The notes: a model not told the origin generated them from the letters alone. Shown: positions 1 through 14,623, numbered from the stretch's first letter. The stretch is 64,000 bases of DNA from the human T2T-CHM13v2.0 reference genome, Homo sapiens (GCF_009914755.1 NC_060928.1); one strand, 5' to 3'. Numbers and translations are program-made.

Positions 1-67
1 AAAGGTGACACAAGCACAATTTATACCAACTGTTGGGTAACCGGATGGGGCTTCTCGAAGGAGAAAG
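1..67 (+). CDS. KLKB1: KLKB1 exon 13, 3' part (runs off window start): [23 protein letters not shown]
   Basis: Frame 1 gives the trypsin-family CWVTGWG motif; donor AAG|GTAAGC at 67/68, phase 1; paralogous to F11 exon 13 ([17 protein letters not shown]). Confidence 0.97.
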
Positions 68-974
68 GTAAGCATGACGCTTTAAATATTGCTTCTAGAG
101 TAAGTCTCACATGTTGAAATACATGGAGTGGGTCGTTTTAATCGGTTTCTGTCTGAAATTATATCTAAACTCTTTATCTTTCCTATCTATTTATTCCCAA
201 ATATTTATTCAGTTATTCTTAAAAAATGTATTTTTGCTTTGGCTTGAAAAAAAATTTTAGGGAGACTTTTAAGCATCTTACTTCATTATAAAGATCAGTT
301 GCTTGACTTTGCATGAAGCAGATTGGGCCCTTCTAGGGCTGACAAGCCCGTGCAAGACCACCCGCTCCTCAGTGTTAGTAGCGTTCCCGTCTCCCAAAAC
401 CATGTTCTCCCTTGATGCTAATGGCCGGGAGCACAGGCAGGTGTGTCGTCTCACTATGGAGAATAATATTTGTGTCATTCTTTACAGAAGAAGGTAGCTT
501 GCCAAACTGTCTCCATCTTTCCCGATTCAGTCTTTTGTTCAAGTAATTCACATTTTTAGATTTTTTATTGGTAATCTGAGACAAGAAGAAATTTAAAGTA
601 ATCTTCACTAAGCCATGAAAGCTCCCAACATTGTTCTCCATGAGAGATGCTGGCCTGCATTTATTCAAAAACAAAAGACCCCTCTGTTGCCAAAGCTCGG
701 AGGGCTTTTCAGAAACGATATAGTTGTAAATTATAATTTTGAATATATAAAGCAAAAAAATGAAAAGTGAGAACTTCCAGGCTTTGGATTGTTGTAGGTG
801 ATAAATATAAAATGGGATTTCTGGGGGGCTGCTACTGAGATGAGGGGATGGCAGAAAACATGGAAGCAAGGTCTCTGGTCAGCCCAGGGTGCTGGGCTTG
901 TCCCAACACCACGTAGGCAATAAGAGGACAGTACAGGGTGCCGTCTCTCTCCCTCTTCCTCTCTCTGTCTCTCT

Positions 975-976
<2 letters not shown>

Positions 977-1007
<31 letters not shown>
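977..1007. repeat. (GT)n microsatellite preceded by (CT)n, KLKB1 intron 13
   Basis: Directly visible dinucleotide run. Confidence 0.97.
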
Positions 1008-1010
<3 letters not shown>

Positions 1011-1175
1011 CACTACCTTCCCAATTTTTACTGTCTATTTGTATTCAAAGATAAGGTCCTTATGAAAAATACACTGCTCTGATTCACTTTAAAACTTATT
1101 TCCATATTTATTATTTATTGTGGGAATAATAATATTCCCAATATTATTATTTATTATTTAAGTTATTATTATTAA

Positions 1176-1418
<243 letters not shown>

Positions 1419-1724
1419 TAGCATAATTTAATCATAGTTTTTTAAAAAATTCAGAGACAAATGATCTGATAAATTGATAAGCAACTTTTAACAAATTGAA
1501 TATACATAATATATATTTATATTATTTATGATATATGTCACAATCTATGCATGTGCTATTTAAGAGGGGCAAATATACATGCAATAATTGTGCTAGAATA
1601 TAAAAACATTAGACTTCATCATTGGGATGATGATATCAAGATTTCTTTGTTAGATTTATTTCAGATAGAAAAGGGGATACGAAAAATGCAGGCACATGAG
1701 ATACTTGGAGAACTTTAAGAAAGA

Positions 1725-1728
<4 letters not shown>

Positions 1729-1761
<33 letters not shown>
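1729..1761. repeat. (GT)n microsatellite, KLKB1 intron 14
   Basis: Directly visible; source of the THTHTH ORF artefact. Confidence 0.97.
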
Positions 1762-1763
<2 letters not shown>

Positions 1764-1786
1764 TGGCAAGCAAGGTCTTGCACACA

Positions 1787-2194
<408 letters not shown>

Positions 2195-2433
2195 GAAGCA
2201 GTCCAGAGTCTAGGCAATTTTTACAACCTGAGTTCAAGTCAAATTCTGAGCCTGGGGGGTCCTCATCTGCAAAGCATGGAGAGTGGCATCTTCTTTGCAT
2301 CCTAAGGACGAAAGACACAGTGCACTCAGAGCTGCTGAGGACAATGTCTGGCTGAAGCCCGCTTTCAGCACGCCGTAACCAGGGGCTGACAATGCGAGGT
2401 CGCAACTGAGATCTCCATGACTGTGTGTTGTGA

Positions 2434-2439
2434 AATAAA
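2434..2439 (+). terminator. KLKB1: KLKB1 polyadenylation signal AATAAA
   Basis: First AATAAA after the stop, 240 nt downstream, followed by a GU/U-rich tract (gtgttttcttctggttgtg, ~2464-2482). Confidence 0.85.
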
Positions 2440-2934
2440 ATGGTGAAAGATCACGATTAGCAAGTGTTTTCTTCTGGTTGTGAAACAGAACTGAAAGTAA
2501 GTGGTCGAGGTTCCAGCACAGTTCCTGGGATCCCTCTAATTGCACTGCTTCCTCTGGAACTCAGTATATCTCAAAGATGTAATTTCCTCTCCGTGCTGCA
2601 CCTGGTCGGCCACTGAAACCCACTATTGCCTGCTTCACGTGTGGCAAAGAGCTAGCGGGCTTGGGTTTTGTTCTGCCGAGAGGAAGGGAGAACACCCACT
2701 TTTATAAGAAAGAGATGGGTTACCTGAACCCATGGGCACCTTTGCCTCTTGGCCTCCTAACTTTGCTACCAGGGCATGGCTAGGAGGGTCCAGGCTGCGC
2801 GTGCTGAGGAGCTCGAGGGGCTGCAGCATTGCACAGCCTTCATGGCAGGCAAGGAATCTGCTTTGCAAGGGGCATTAGCCCTGGAGGCTCAGTGGATATG
2901 GGCTATTGCAATAGTAATTCAAGGAGCATTTTTA

Positions 2935-3570
<636 letters not shown>

Positions 3571-3830
3571 TGTTAGGTATAAATTATTTCATAAAATTCA
3601 GACTTGTAAATTTATGGTAGCCTTTGGAATGGGTGATAGATGTCCTATGCCACACAAATTCCTCACATGCCGAGGCTCACCGTAACTGATACCAGCTCGC
3701 TTGATTCAGTTCAGTTAAACTGAACAACATTTACACAGAATTGGCGATTTACAAAATCTTATGTAAGTTAAGTAGAAAAACAGAAAAAAGTTTTCTGAAA
3801 GAGTTTGGGTTTTTCCTTCAATGCTCAAGA

Positions 3831-4316
3831 CAGAGGTCCCCAACCTTTTTGGCACCAGGGACCAGTTTTGTGGAAGACAGTTTTTCCATGGACCAGCATG
3901 GTGGTGGGGGATGATTCTGGAATGATTCAAGTGCATGACATTTATTATGCACTTTATTTCTATTATTACTACATTGTAATATATAATGAAATAATTATGC
4001 AACTCACCATAATGTAGAATCAGTGGGAGCTCTGAGCTTGTTTTCCTGCAACTAGACAGTCCCATCTGAGGGTGATGGGAGACAGTGACAGATCATCAGG
4101 CATTAGATTCTCATAAGGAGCCTAGATCCCTCACATGTGCAGTTCATAACAGGGTTTGAGCTCCTATGAGAGTCTCATGCTGCTGCGGATCTGGCAGGAG
4201 GCAGAGCTCAGGCGGTTATGCTTGCTGGCCTGCCACTCACCTCCTGCTGTGCGGCCTGGCTGCTAACAGGCCATGGACCAGGTACTGTTCTGGGCCCCGG
4301 GGGTTGGGAACCCCTG
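3831..4316 (+). mobile_element. MER1A-like hAT-Charlie DNA transposon
   Basis: Terminal inverted repeats cagaggtcccc / gggaacccctg; internal MER1 signature (ggcaccagggaccagttttgtggaagac; gcattagattctcataaggagc). Confidence 0.85.
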
Positions 4317-5477
4317 CTCAGAGACACACCGGGTGGTAGGAGGAGCTAAAGGTGGAGAGGCTGAAGGAAAATATGAGGTCTGGGCTATCCACAAACCAGA
4401 TAGCAGGAAACTGAAGAGTTAAACATTTACTTCAGAATTGAATGGCTTTTGTAAAATCTGGCTAGATTCCATGAAACGATTTTAAAAATGCACTATTTAA
4501 ATTTTGCCTTTGCATGCGATGAAGACATTAGTCTTTGTTCATGTGGATGTTTTTTTATGTTTAAAAGGGAAAAAAATGGTTTGCAATGAAACTTTTATCT
4601 CAGTCTTTGAGTATTGATCATGGGGTGTTGGAACAGGACTTTGGAATGCTTGCAGGGTAAACCTTTGGCCTCTGTTAGTCAGGGAATGACCCAGTTTGGC
4701 AAAACAGAGGAGAGTTTTGAAATATGGAACTTTCCCGAGGCATACATTGTCATTTTAAAGTGGTCAATCAAAGCCCAGTAGGACTGGGCTGGTGTCTTGG
4801 TGACTCACTGTGTGCTCATATACAGGGGTAACTGAGGAGCCCTTCACACAGGTCTAGCCTCGTGGGACTAAAAAGTGTGACATGGGCTAGGAAAATGCGA
4901 GGCTGGGATGCCTTCACTCCCATGAGGAAGCGTGACGGGAGGAGGCGTGGGCCACTGGCAGTTCTACTTCACAAAGGCTGCTGGCAGTGTCAATCCTGCA
5001 AGCTGGCCTTGCCCTCCTGTGGCGGCAGTGTACACGTGGCATGCAAGCACATGCACAAGCCACCTGGCTCCAAGGTCAGCCAAGGGCTCCAACATCTGTC
5101 TCAGTCCCTGCCAAGGCATGGGAACCCCCCACGTAAACTTGGAACTTTTCCTTTCAATTGTTGCTTATGTCTGTCACTTTACTTGACTGTGAGCAGCTTC
5201 TAGGGAGGCTCTCTCATTCATAGTGCATATCATGGGCATCCAGTAAACGGCTAATGATGATGATACACCTTTATTACAAAAATAAAGGCAATGGAGACTG
5301 AAGAGGTGAAATGATTAGCTCAAGGTCACTGGCAAGGACAGAGCTGGAACAAAGCTCAGCATTCCTATGCCAGGCAATGTCCTCTCACTGATATCCGGTT
5401 GCTTCTCACTAGGAGAAGGATGAAAGATGACAGAGCATTTATAACCACCATTTGTTATTTTCATTATCAACTGACAC

Positions 5478-5701
5478 TGGTGTTTCTCCGCCCGGAGCGA
5501 TTTTGTCCTCCCTTCACCTCAGGAAACATTCGGCAACGTCTAGAGACACTTTTGGTTGTCCTAATGGGAGAGGGTATGCAACTGGCTGTAGTGGGTAGAG
5601 GCCAGGGATGCAGCTAAACATCCTGCAGTGTGTGGGACAGCCCCTCGCAAGAGAGAGTTATCCTGCCCCAATATCAATAATGCCAGGGTTGGGAAAGCCT
5701 G
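5478..5701 (+). mobile_element. MER20-like DNA transposon
   Basis: ggcaacgtctagagacacttttggttgtc...gggtagaggccagggatgcagctaaacatcct signature. Confidence 0.8.
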
Positions 5702-5746
5702 ATCTCATGTCAGCATTAAAACCTTGTAATGAAAAGAGGACATTTC

Positions 5747-6610
<864 letters not shown>

Positions 6611-6789
6611 GTGTCCATTTTCAAAGCAAGTTCTGAAAGACAAGAGAAGGAGCTCTGAGAGTTGATTATGGCCATGCCTGAGAAGGGGTCTCAGTCAACT
6701 AATGCCGTTGTGGACATTCCTGTCCCAAGCAGAAGGCTTTAGGTCACAATATGTCCAAATGTCCAATACATCTCCCACCTATGATCCAT

Positions 6790-7430
6790 TGGAAAGAAAA
6801 CAAACCTCGGGACCCCCAAAATCACTAAGCCACATGGAAAAGTAAAGCTGGGAACTGCATTGGGCAAACCTTCCTCCCATTCTATTCCTAAATAAAATAG
6901 CTTTCTTAAGCTATAAAAAACCCTTTTTAAGCTTTAAAAAGGTTTTAAAAAGCTACATTCCTCACAATTTGCCCATGAGGAAATTCCTTGTGGAAAAAGG
7001 ACAGGCAGAAGTCAGAGTCACCCCTCTGCTGACATGAGACAGGTGCGTATCTGATTGCCTCGTTTGCCATATTGTTTCACTGGGCCACACTAAGGCATGA
7101 GTGACTATTCTTGTAAATTGCGTATTTGGTGAAAGGCTAATTGGAAACTCGAAAAAATGCTTCTGTTTGTCTCTTATCTACCTATGACCTGGAAGCCCCC
7201 TTCCCTTCTTCGAGTTGTCCCACCTTTTAGGACCAAACCAATGTACATCTTGCATAGATTGATTGATGTCTTATATCTCCCTAAAATGTACAAAATCAGC
7301 TTGGGCCCTGACCACCTTGGACACATGTCATCAGGACCTCATGAGGCTGTGTCATAGGTACATCCTTATCCTTGGCAAAATAAACTTTCTAAATTGATTG
7401 GGACCTGTCTCAGATACTTTTTGATTTAGA
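6790..7430 (+). mobile_element. Solo ERV1 LTR, MER4-family (MER4A-like)
   Basis: cctcgggacccccaaaatcactaagcc ... gaccaccttggacacatgtcatcaggacctcatgaggctgtgtca ... ggcaaaataaactttctaaattgattg with LTR AATAAA near 7379. Confidence 0.8.
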
Positions 7431-7701
7431 ATCCTAACTTCTGACTTGTACTTGGGTCTCTGCAGACTAACTTCTATATTCTTCCTAAGACTTTGTCTAG
7501 TTATTCCTCATTTTCATCAGTCTTCGAATATTCAAAAACATTTCATTTCATTGAAAAAAAATTGAAAAAAGTAGTTGATATCAGAATTTTAAACTGCAAT
7601 GCATTAGTTGAAAATAATTTTTTAAGGATATCTATGGTCAGTTTAAAAGAAAGGTCTATTTAATCTCAAAGAGTTTCTATGTAGTCAAGACTTTTATTCT
7701 A

Positions 7702-7978
7702 GGCTGGGCACGGTGGCTCATGCCTGTAATTCCAGCACTTGGGAGGCCAAGGCAGGTGGATCGCTTGTGCCCAGGCATTCCAGACCAGCTTGGGGAACAC
7801 AGCAAAACCCTGTCTCTACAAAAAATACAACAATTAGCCATGCGGAGTGACATGCGGCTGTATTCCTAGCTATTCAGGAGGCTGAGGTGGGAGGATCACC
7901 TGGTGGCTGCGTTGAGTGGAGATCACACCACTGTACTCTCGTCTGGGCGACAGGAGTGAGACCTTGTCTGAAAAAAAA
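7702..7978 (+). mobile_element. Alu (AluJ-like), sense
   Basis: Diverged Alu; flanking ttattcta direct repeat. Confidence 0.9.
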
Positions 7979-9193
7979 TTATTCTACTTTTATTTGAATA
8001 GACAAAATTTTTTTGAATCCTGATACTATTTCAAAGACCTTAAAGATTTCACTAACTAGCTAAATCAAACTTAGGAAAATATTATTTGGTTTTCCAGTGA
8101 AGCATTTCTCTTATTTAGAGCCTTTCTGTTTCTCTCAATAGGGTTGGAGAGTTATCCTTATCTTCTTTTTATTGGGGCTTAAGAAGAGAGATGAGGTTCC
8201 ATGGAGTAAACAATACAAGGATATAAGGACCTCATATAATCTCACGTATCCATTTTCCATGAAAGCCATTCTTGGCACGAATTTGCCATTCTATGTTTGA
8301 GCCTCATAAAAGGCAATGCATCATAAATATGCACTTTTTGGGTAGCTGGAATGTACTTTAAACGGGAAACTCAAGAAAACAGCTAGGAACTCTTTATGCC
8401 AGGATAAGTCAAATGCACTGGCAATAGATCAAATAAAAATATCTGAGTAAATGCCTTCCAGATAGAACATCACCCTAGTTCTTCAGCACTTTACAAAAAG
8501 ATCTGTTCTCAGTTCACATTCTCTTAATTCCCTGTCATTTCTCCCCGGTCTTCCAAATATGTTTTTTAAATTATGATTCCATGTATAAACACAAGATCGT
8601 ATTTTGCTTTTCTATGAAAAATTGAGAGCCTTCTCTGAACCATAAACGTATCTTTCTCCAAAATGTATTCAAATCAGGCATATTGAAAACTGTTTTGTGT
8701 TCGTGTTGTGAGGTTTTTTAGGGGACCGCACAGAAACCCTCAGCACTAGTTAGTGCCTTGTGTTCTAAATGAGGAAACGGAAGCCAAGGACCTGCAGGTG
8801 GCTGGGGACTGTGCACAGGCTGGTTCCGCTCAAGTCACATGACTCGTCAGCCAGTGAGTAGGTCTGGGTAGCAGTTGGCATGGATGAACATGCCCTCCAT
8901 AGGCTTTCAGACCTTCTTCAAGGCCAAAGGGAAGGCCTTCATGGAAATATAATTATGTGAAACACCCCAGAATTTTTTCACAAACTTTCCTGCCTATAAA
9001 CGCCAGGTCCTACCACTGTCCAGTGTCCCACTTCCCACTGTCCAGTGGGAAGACTCCCTCCAGGACAAAACCACCCTTTCCTTCAGGGATGTGACGTGCT
9101 GTGCTTTCGTTGACAGTCATGCAGCTGCTAGACATGTCACTTCCTAGCTCTCCATTCGGGTCTGTGTCCCAGGACCTAAAGAAAGCTAAAAGA

Positions 9194-9601
<408 letters not shown>

Positions 9602-9849
9602 TTAAAAAATAGACTTTTAGTGTTCACAAGTAAGAATAAAAAAAAAAAAAGCTTGGCCTTAGGAGGAATCCTATCTGCTTAGGCCTCTGAGAGGCAGCGT
9701 CACCTGAAGGGAAACTGACTGGGCAAGAGCCAGGCTCTTAGGAGCTGTCTGTACTTTGCTTCCCATCCGTCCGCTCTCCCCCAGCAGCCAAAGTCTCCTC
9801 CCTCCATTATATTGCAAATCAATGAATCCATTAGACTTTCCATGTTTTC

Positions 9850-9936
9850 TTTTTAGACTTTGAGATTCAAGGTCAGCTAGAATTAATGGTTAACAGCTGA
9901 CAGGTGAAAGTGTGGTTAAATGCAGCTTTGGCTAGC
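9850..9936 (+). promoter_or_regulatory. F11: F11 proximal liver promoter: HNF4A-type ACTTTG core (9857-9862) and HNF1-like site ATTAATGGTTAAC (9882-9894); no clear TATA box
   Basis: Motifs seen directly. An HNF4A-dependent ACTTTG element in the TATA-less F11 promoter is recalled from the literature. The HNF1 call is my match to GTTAATNATTAAC on the reverse strand. Confidence 0.7.
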
Positions 9937-10268
9937 AGGCACACAGGCAAAATCAAGTTCTACATCTGTCCCTGTGTATGTCACTTGTTTGAATACGAAA
10001 TAAAATTAAAAAAATAAATTCAGTGTATTGAGAAAGCAAGCAATTCTCTCAAGGTATATTTCTGACATACTAAGATTTTAACGACTTTCACAAATATGCT
10101 GTACTGAGAGAGAATGTTACATAACATTGAGAACTAGTACAAGTAAATATTAAAGTGAAGTGACCATTTCCTACACAAGCTCATTCAGAGGAGGATGAAG
10201 ACCATTTTGGAGGAAGAAAAGCACCCTTATTAAGAATTGCAGCAAGTAAGCCAACAAGGTCTTTTCAG
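9937..10268 (+). other. F11: F11 exon 1 (non-coding 5' UTR); 5' end approximate, TSS probably heterogeneous
   Basis: Donor CAG|GTACAG at 10268/10269 joins exon 2 to give ...ttttcag|g-ATG. Start position is from recall of the F11 mRNA 5' end (aggcacacaggc). Confidence 0.8.
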
Positions 10269-11111
10269 GTACAGTTTCAGAACTTACTATTTAACATTCC
10301 TCTCAAGCAAATACGCCTTGAAATGCTTTTTTTAAATCATAGGAATTTAAAAACACTTTACAATAGAGAATGATTGATTTTTAAAATGTGTCTGATTTAG
10401 CTTTGTAGAGATGTTCCGCTAATATCCATAACTAATCTGAGAGGAAATGTGGAACAACAGAAGAGTAACAGTGTCTACTCAGTAACAAGCGTTTTACGAG
10501 TTAAAAAGACATCCAAATGCAGTACTGAAAAATCAGAAGTCTTGATTTGTCTCACTGATGACTCCGTTTTTCCTAGAGCAGTCTGTTTAATGCTTACTGG
10601 AGATAAATAGATTTATAGGTGACCAAGACAATCGATTAATGTATCAGCCACAGACTTTTTTAAATAGAAAATTTTCTAAGTAGGAAATCATTCATAGCTC
10701 TTTGAAAGATATAGGGAGAGGCCTCAAGGAAAGAAAGAAAGGAAAAAAATTGGGAAAGGAAACAAAGATGAAAAATTGGGGTGGGGAGAGCGGTCAGATG
10801 GTGGCCATGAGAAGGATCTGAACACAGAGAGCGGCGGGGCCGGCGGGGAAGGAGGGAGGAGGGGAGAGCGCTGCTTCCCTGTGGGTTCCGGCTTCTGCAG
10901 AGCTGTAAGAGTTGAATGCCACACACAGTCACACTAAGGAATGCTCCAGGATTGGGAAAGATAAAATTCAACATTATAATGAGAACACTGTGAATGCTAT
11001 TGAATTAACTACTCCCCTCTCTCCCTATTTCTTGTAAGTCTTAGTGTCAGTAAACTAATTATAAATTTACATTTTATGTTCTAAAAGCATGCACCTTTTT
11101 CTCATTGTAGG

Positions 11112-11166
11112 ATGATTTTCTTATATCAAGTGGTACATTTCATTTTATTTACTTCAGTTTCTGGTG
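11112..11166 (+). CDS. F11: F11 exon 2 coding part: signal peptide MIFLYQVVHFILFTSVSG
   Basis: Acceptor cattgtag| at 11110, ATG at 11112, donor GTG|GTAAGT at 11166/11167; 18-aa hydrophobic leader. Confidence 0.97.
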
Positions 11167-12051
11167 GTAAGTAGAGTGTTATCTTAACTATGGGCTGGGA
11201 GAGGGAAATCACACTGCAATCTCCACACATGTGGGAGAATCCCACACCATTTATGCCGGGAAGGAAATAAAATGTTTTTATTAACTTCCTGCCTGAGGCT
11301 CCAGAGGTTTTCAAAGCAGGGTAGGAATTGAGGTGAAAAAATTGTTTGTACTGGTAGGAATCTGTGTCTATATGTGTACCATATCTACATCCATGCCTAC
11401 ATACATCATTCATTTAAATGATATTTAAAAGCAATATTAAAAAGAAGAAATCTTGATTTGCCTCACTAATTAGTTGGTTTTTCATAAAGCAGTCAGTTCA
11501 ATGGAACATACACACACACATAAAATAGGAATTTTGTACTGAAAAATGTTATGTAACTATTCATACACAGTTTATGCATTTCAATAATTTAACTACCCTG
11601 TTAATTCTCCACCCTATGTCACATCTGCTAAATTTGTTTATAAATTACTTAGCCAATATTAAGTAGGATATATCAGTACAGGTATTGTTTAGTTCCATGA
11701 CCATTCTTTATTTAAAATGAAAGCTGAAGCATTCCTTTAGAAAAATAGCTTATGTCTACATGTTATATTTAATTTCTGATACTATTGCTAGCATTTTAAG
11801 CATAGTAAATTCTTTTTGCTGGCCTATGTGAAAAAAGGCAAACCTAGGTGAAGATATTAAAAGTAAATTCCACTTAATATATTAAATTACACAGCTCATA
11901 ATTTCAATTTTCTCTGTGACAAGACTACTGCTCAGGTTATAATATTCCTTTGTTATAATTATCTGGAAATTGTATTGTTATTTCATTGATAAATATGTCA
12001 GCGCTAAATAATTTGATATATTTTGAACACTGGACCCAATAACTACATAAA

Positions 12052-12385
12052 CAATTGACCCTGAATCAGGGGTTCCACATCCATGGATTTAAACAACATT
12101 GAAGTGAAATTTTTTAAAAAAAATTATATCTGCACTCAACATGTGCAGAGTTTTTTCTTGTCATTATTCCCGAAACAACACAGTATAACAACAATTTGCA
12201 TAGTATTTACATTGTACTAGGTATTATAAGTAATCTAGAGATGATTTAAAGTACACAGGAGGCTGTGAGTAGGTTATATGTAAATACTATGCCATTTTCT
12301 ATCAGGGACTTGAGCGTTCATGGATTTTGGTATCTGCAGGAGGTCTGGCAGCCAATCCCTCATAGATATCAAGGAATGATAGTGT
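12052..12385 (-). mobile_element. MER2-like (TcMar-Tigger) DNA transposon, F11 intron 2
   Basis: aggtattataagtaatctagagatgatttaaagtac...ggattttggtatc signature. Confidence 0.8.
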
Positions 12386-12389
12386 ACAT

Positions 12390-14200
12390 ATTTAGGTCCT
12401 TTATACATGCACATGGAACATTTACAAATATTGACCACACACAAGCCTCTGAAACAAGGCTCAACAAATTTTAAGGGGTTAAAATTATACTGATCATGTT
12501 ATTCAATCACCGTGAATGGGAGCTAGAATAATAATAAAAAGGGAATTGAAAATCTGCAAACGTTTGAAAATTGAGTATTTATAATCACCGTGAATGGGAG
12601 CTAGAATAATAATAAAAAGGGAATTGAAAATCTGCAAATGTTTGAAAATTGAGTATTTATACCTTTTTAGATTAAGATGAATCAGAGATGAAATCACAAT
12701 GGTAATTAGAAAAGGAATTGTACAATAATGAAAGTACAGTATATCAAAACTTTGAGATGTAACCGAATCAGTGTTGAGATCAAATGTATAGATTTACATG
12801 TATACATTAGAATACAGAAAAGGGAAAAATTAATGATATAAGATGACAAGAAGATAGAGAATAGCAACTTAAGTGCTAAGAAATTAGAAGGCAGAAAGAA
12901 GAAATCGCAGAAATTAATTAAATGGAAGACACACATATTTGAGAGGTCAACATAACCCCTTTCTAGCCCATTTTATAAGGTCAGGGTAATCTTGACACCA
13001 AAATCTGATAGGAAAATTCTGAGGAAAAAAAGTCACAGGTCTTTTATCTTATGAACATATGTACAAATGTCCTAAACAAAATATTATCCAACTTAACCCA
13101 GTAGAATGTTAAAAAAATTAAAGGATGATTACATTGTGATATTGTGACAAAGTTGGGTTTATTCCAGGAATGAAAAGTTGATTTAACATTCAAAAATCAA
13201 TAGATGTGTGACTTCGGGGTACATACCGAAAAAAAAGAAGGGAAAGCAGGAACTCACACAGATATACTTGTACACCCATCTCATAGCAGCATTATTCACA
13301 CTAACCCAAAGGTGGAAGCAGCCCATGTGTTTATCAACAGGTGACTGGATAAAGTGTGGTACATACATACAAAGGAATATTACTCAACCCTAAAAAGAAA
13401 GGAAATTCTGACACATGCTATGACATGGATGAACCTTGAGGACATTACGCTAAGTGAAATAAGCCAGTCACAAAAGAACAAATACTGTGGGATCTCACTG
13501 ATAGGAGGTACTTAGGGTAGTCAATTTCATCAAGACGGAAATTAGAACAGAGGTTGCCAGGGGCCGAGGGGCCAGGGGAAGGGCTGAGGGTTGGTGTTTA
13601 ATGGGCACAGAGCATCAGCTGGCGAAGTTGGAAAGTTCTGGAGGTGGATGGTGCTGATGGTTGCACAGCAATGTAAATACCCTTAGTGCCACAGAACTGT
13701 ACACTCAAGATGGCTACATGGCACATGGTATGCTATCTGTCATAATAAAAAATAAAAATAATTTTAAATGTTAATATGTGCCGAAAAATGCTTGCTAAAA
13801 TTCTATTAATGATCAAAACTTTAAATAAACTGGAAATGGAAGAGAACTTTCATCAGCTATTAAACGATATTTTAAACAAAAGCAAACAAAAATCCAAACC
13901 AAAAATCTTCAAGAAACATAATACGTAATAGCGGAATATTGAAAGCTTTCCCAAGGGATTGAGAATAGGACAAGAATACTTCCCATTATTTCCATTTACT
14001 CTTGACTGGAGGTACTCGTTGGTGCGGTAAGGAAGGGAAATAAAAGGAAAACGATTAGGAGGAACATAAGCTCTCGTTTTTCACAGATGATGTGATTGAG
14101 TACCTAGAAAAATCCAAAATTAACCATCACATAAATTATTTGAGCCAATTAATTAAATGAGTAAGAAGTCTCGATACAACGTCAATATACAACAGCAAGC
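12390..14200 (+). mobile_element. Old L1 ORF2 remnants interrupted by an L1MB-type 3' end (~13210-13760)
   Basis: gttgggtttattccaggaatgaaaagttgatttaacatt (ORF2); acatggatgaaccttgaggacattacgctaagtgaaataagccagtcacaaaag (3' UTR). Confidence 0.8.
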
Positions 14201-14623
14201 ACTTGCTCGTTCGCAAAAGCAGATGAACTAGTTTTTACTGACACTAGAAGCAGCATGTGTTCCATGTGTTCCACATCCATGCACTCAAACAACCTTGACG
14301 TGAAATATTTTTTAAAAAATTGTATCTGTACTCAACGTGTGCAGAGTTTTTTTCCAAAATTGTTTTCCAAAAATTTTTAAATGTTTATATGTTTAGGGGG
14401 TGTAAGTGCAGATTTCTTACATACATATATTATGCGGCGGTGAAGTGCCGGCTTTTGGTGTACCCATCACCCAAGTAGTGAACACAGCCTCCAACAGGTA
14501 ATTTTTCAACGCTCACCCCACTCCCATCCTCCCATCTAGTGGCATATTGAAAATCAATTTGTCTTGTAAAATTAAATAATCCAATTAGGAGGGGGATATA
14601 TTCTAAGGAAATTAGTGCATGAT

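Noticed and set aside
375-869. 164-aa minus-strand ORF in KLKB1 intron 13
   Set aside because: No ATG start, low-complexity AT-driven composition, no homology I recognise.
9999-10018. Two AATAAA hexamers within F11 exon 1
   Set aside because: They lie in an A-rich patch near the cap and upstream of a 5' splice site, with no clear downstream GU element; likely compositional.
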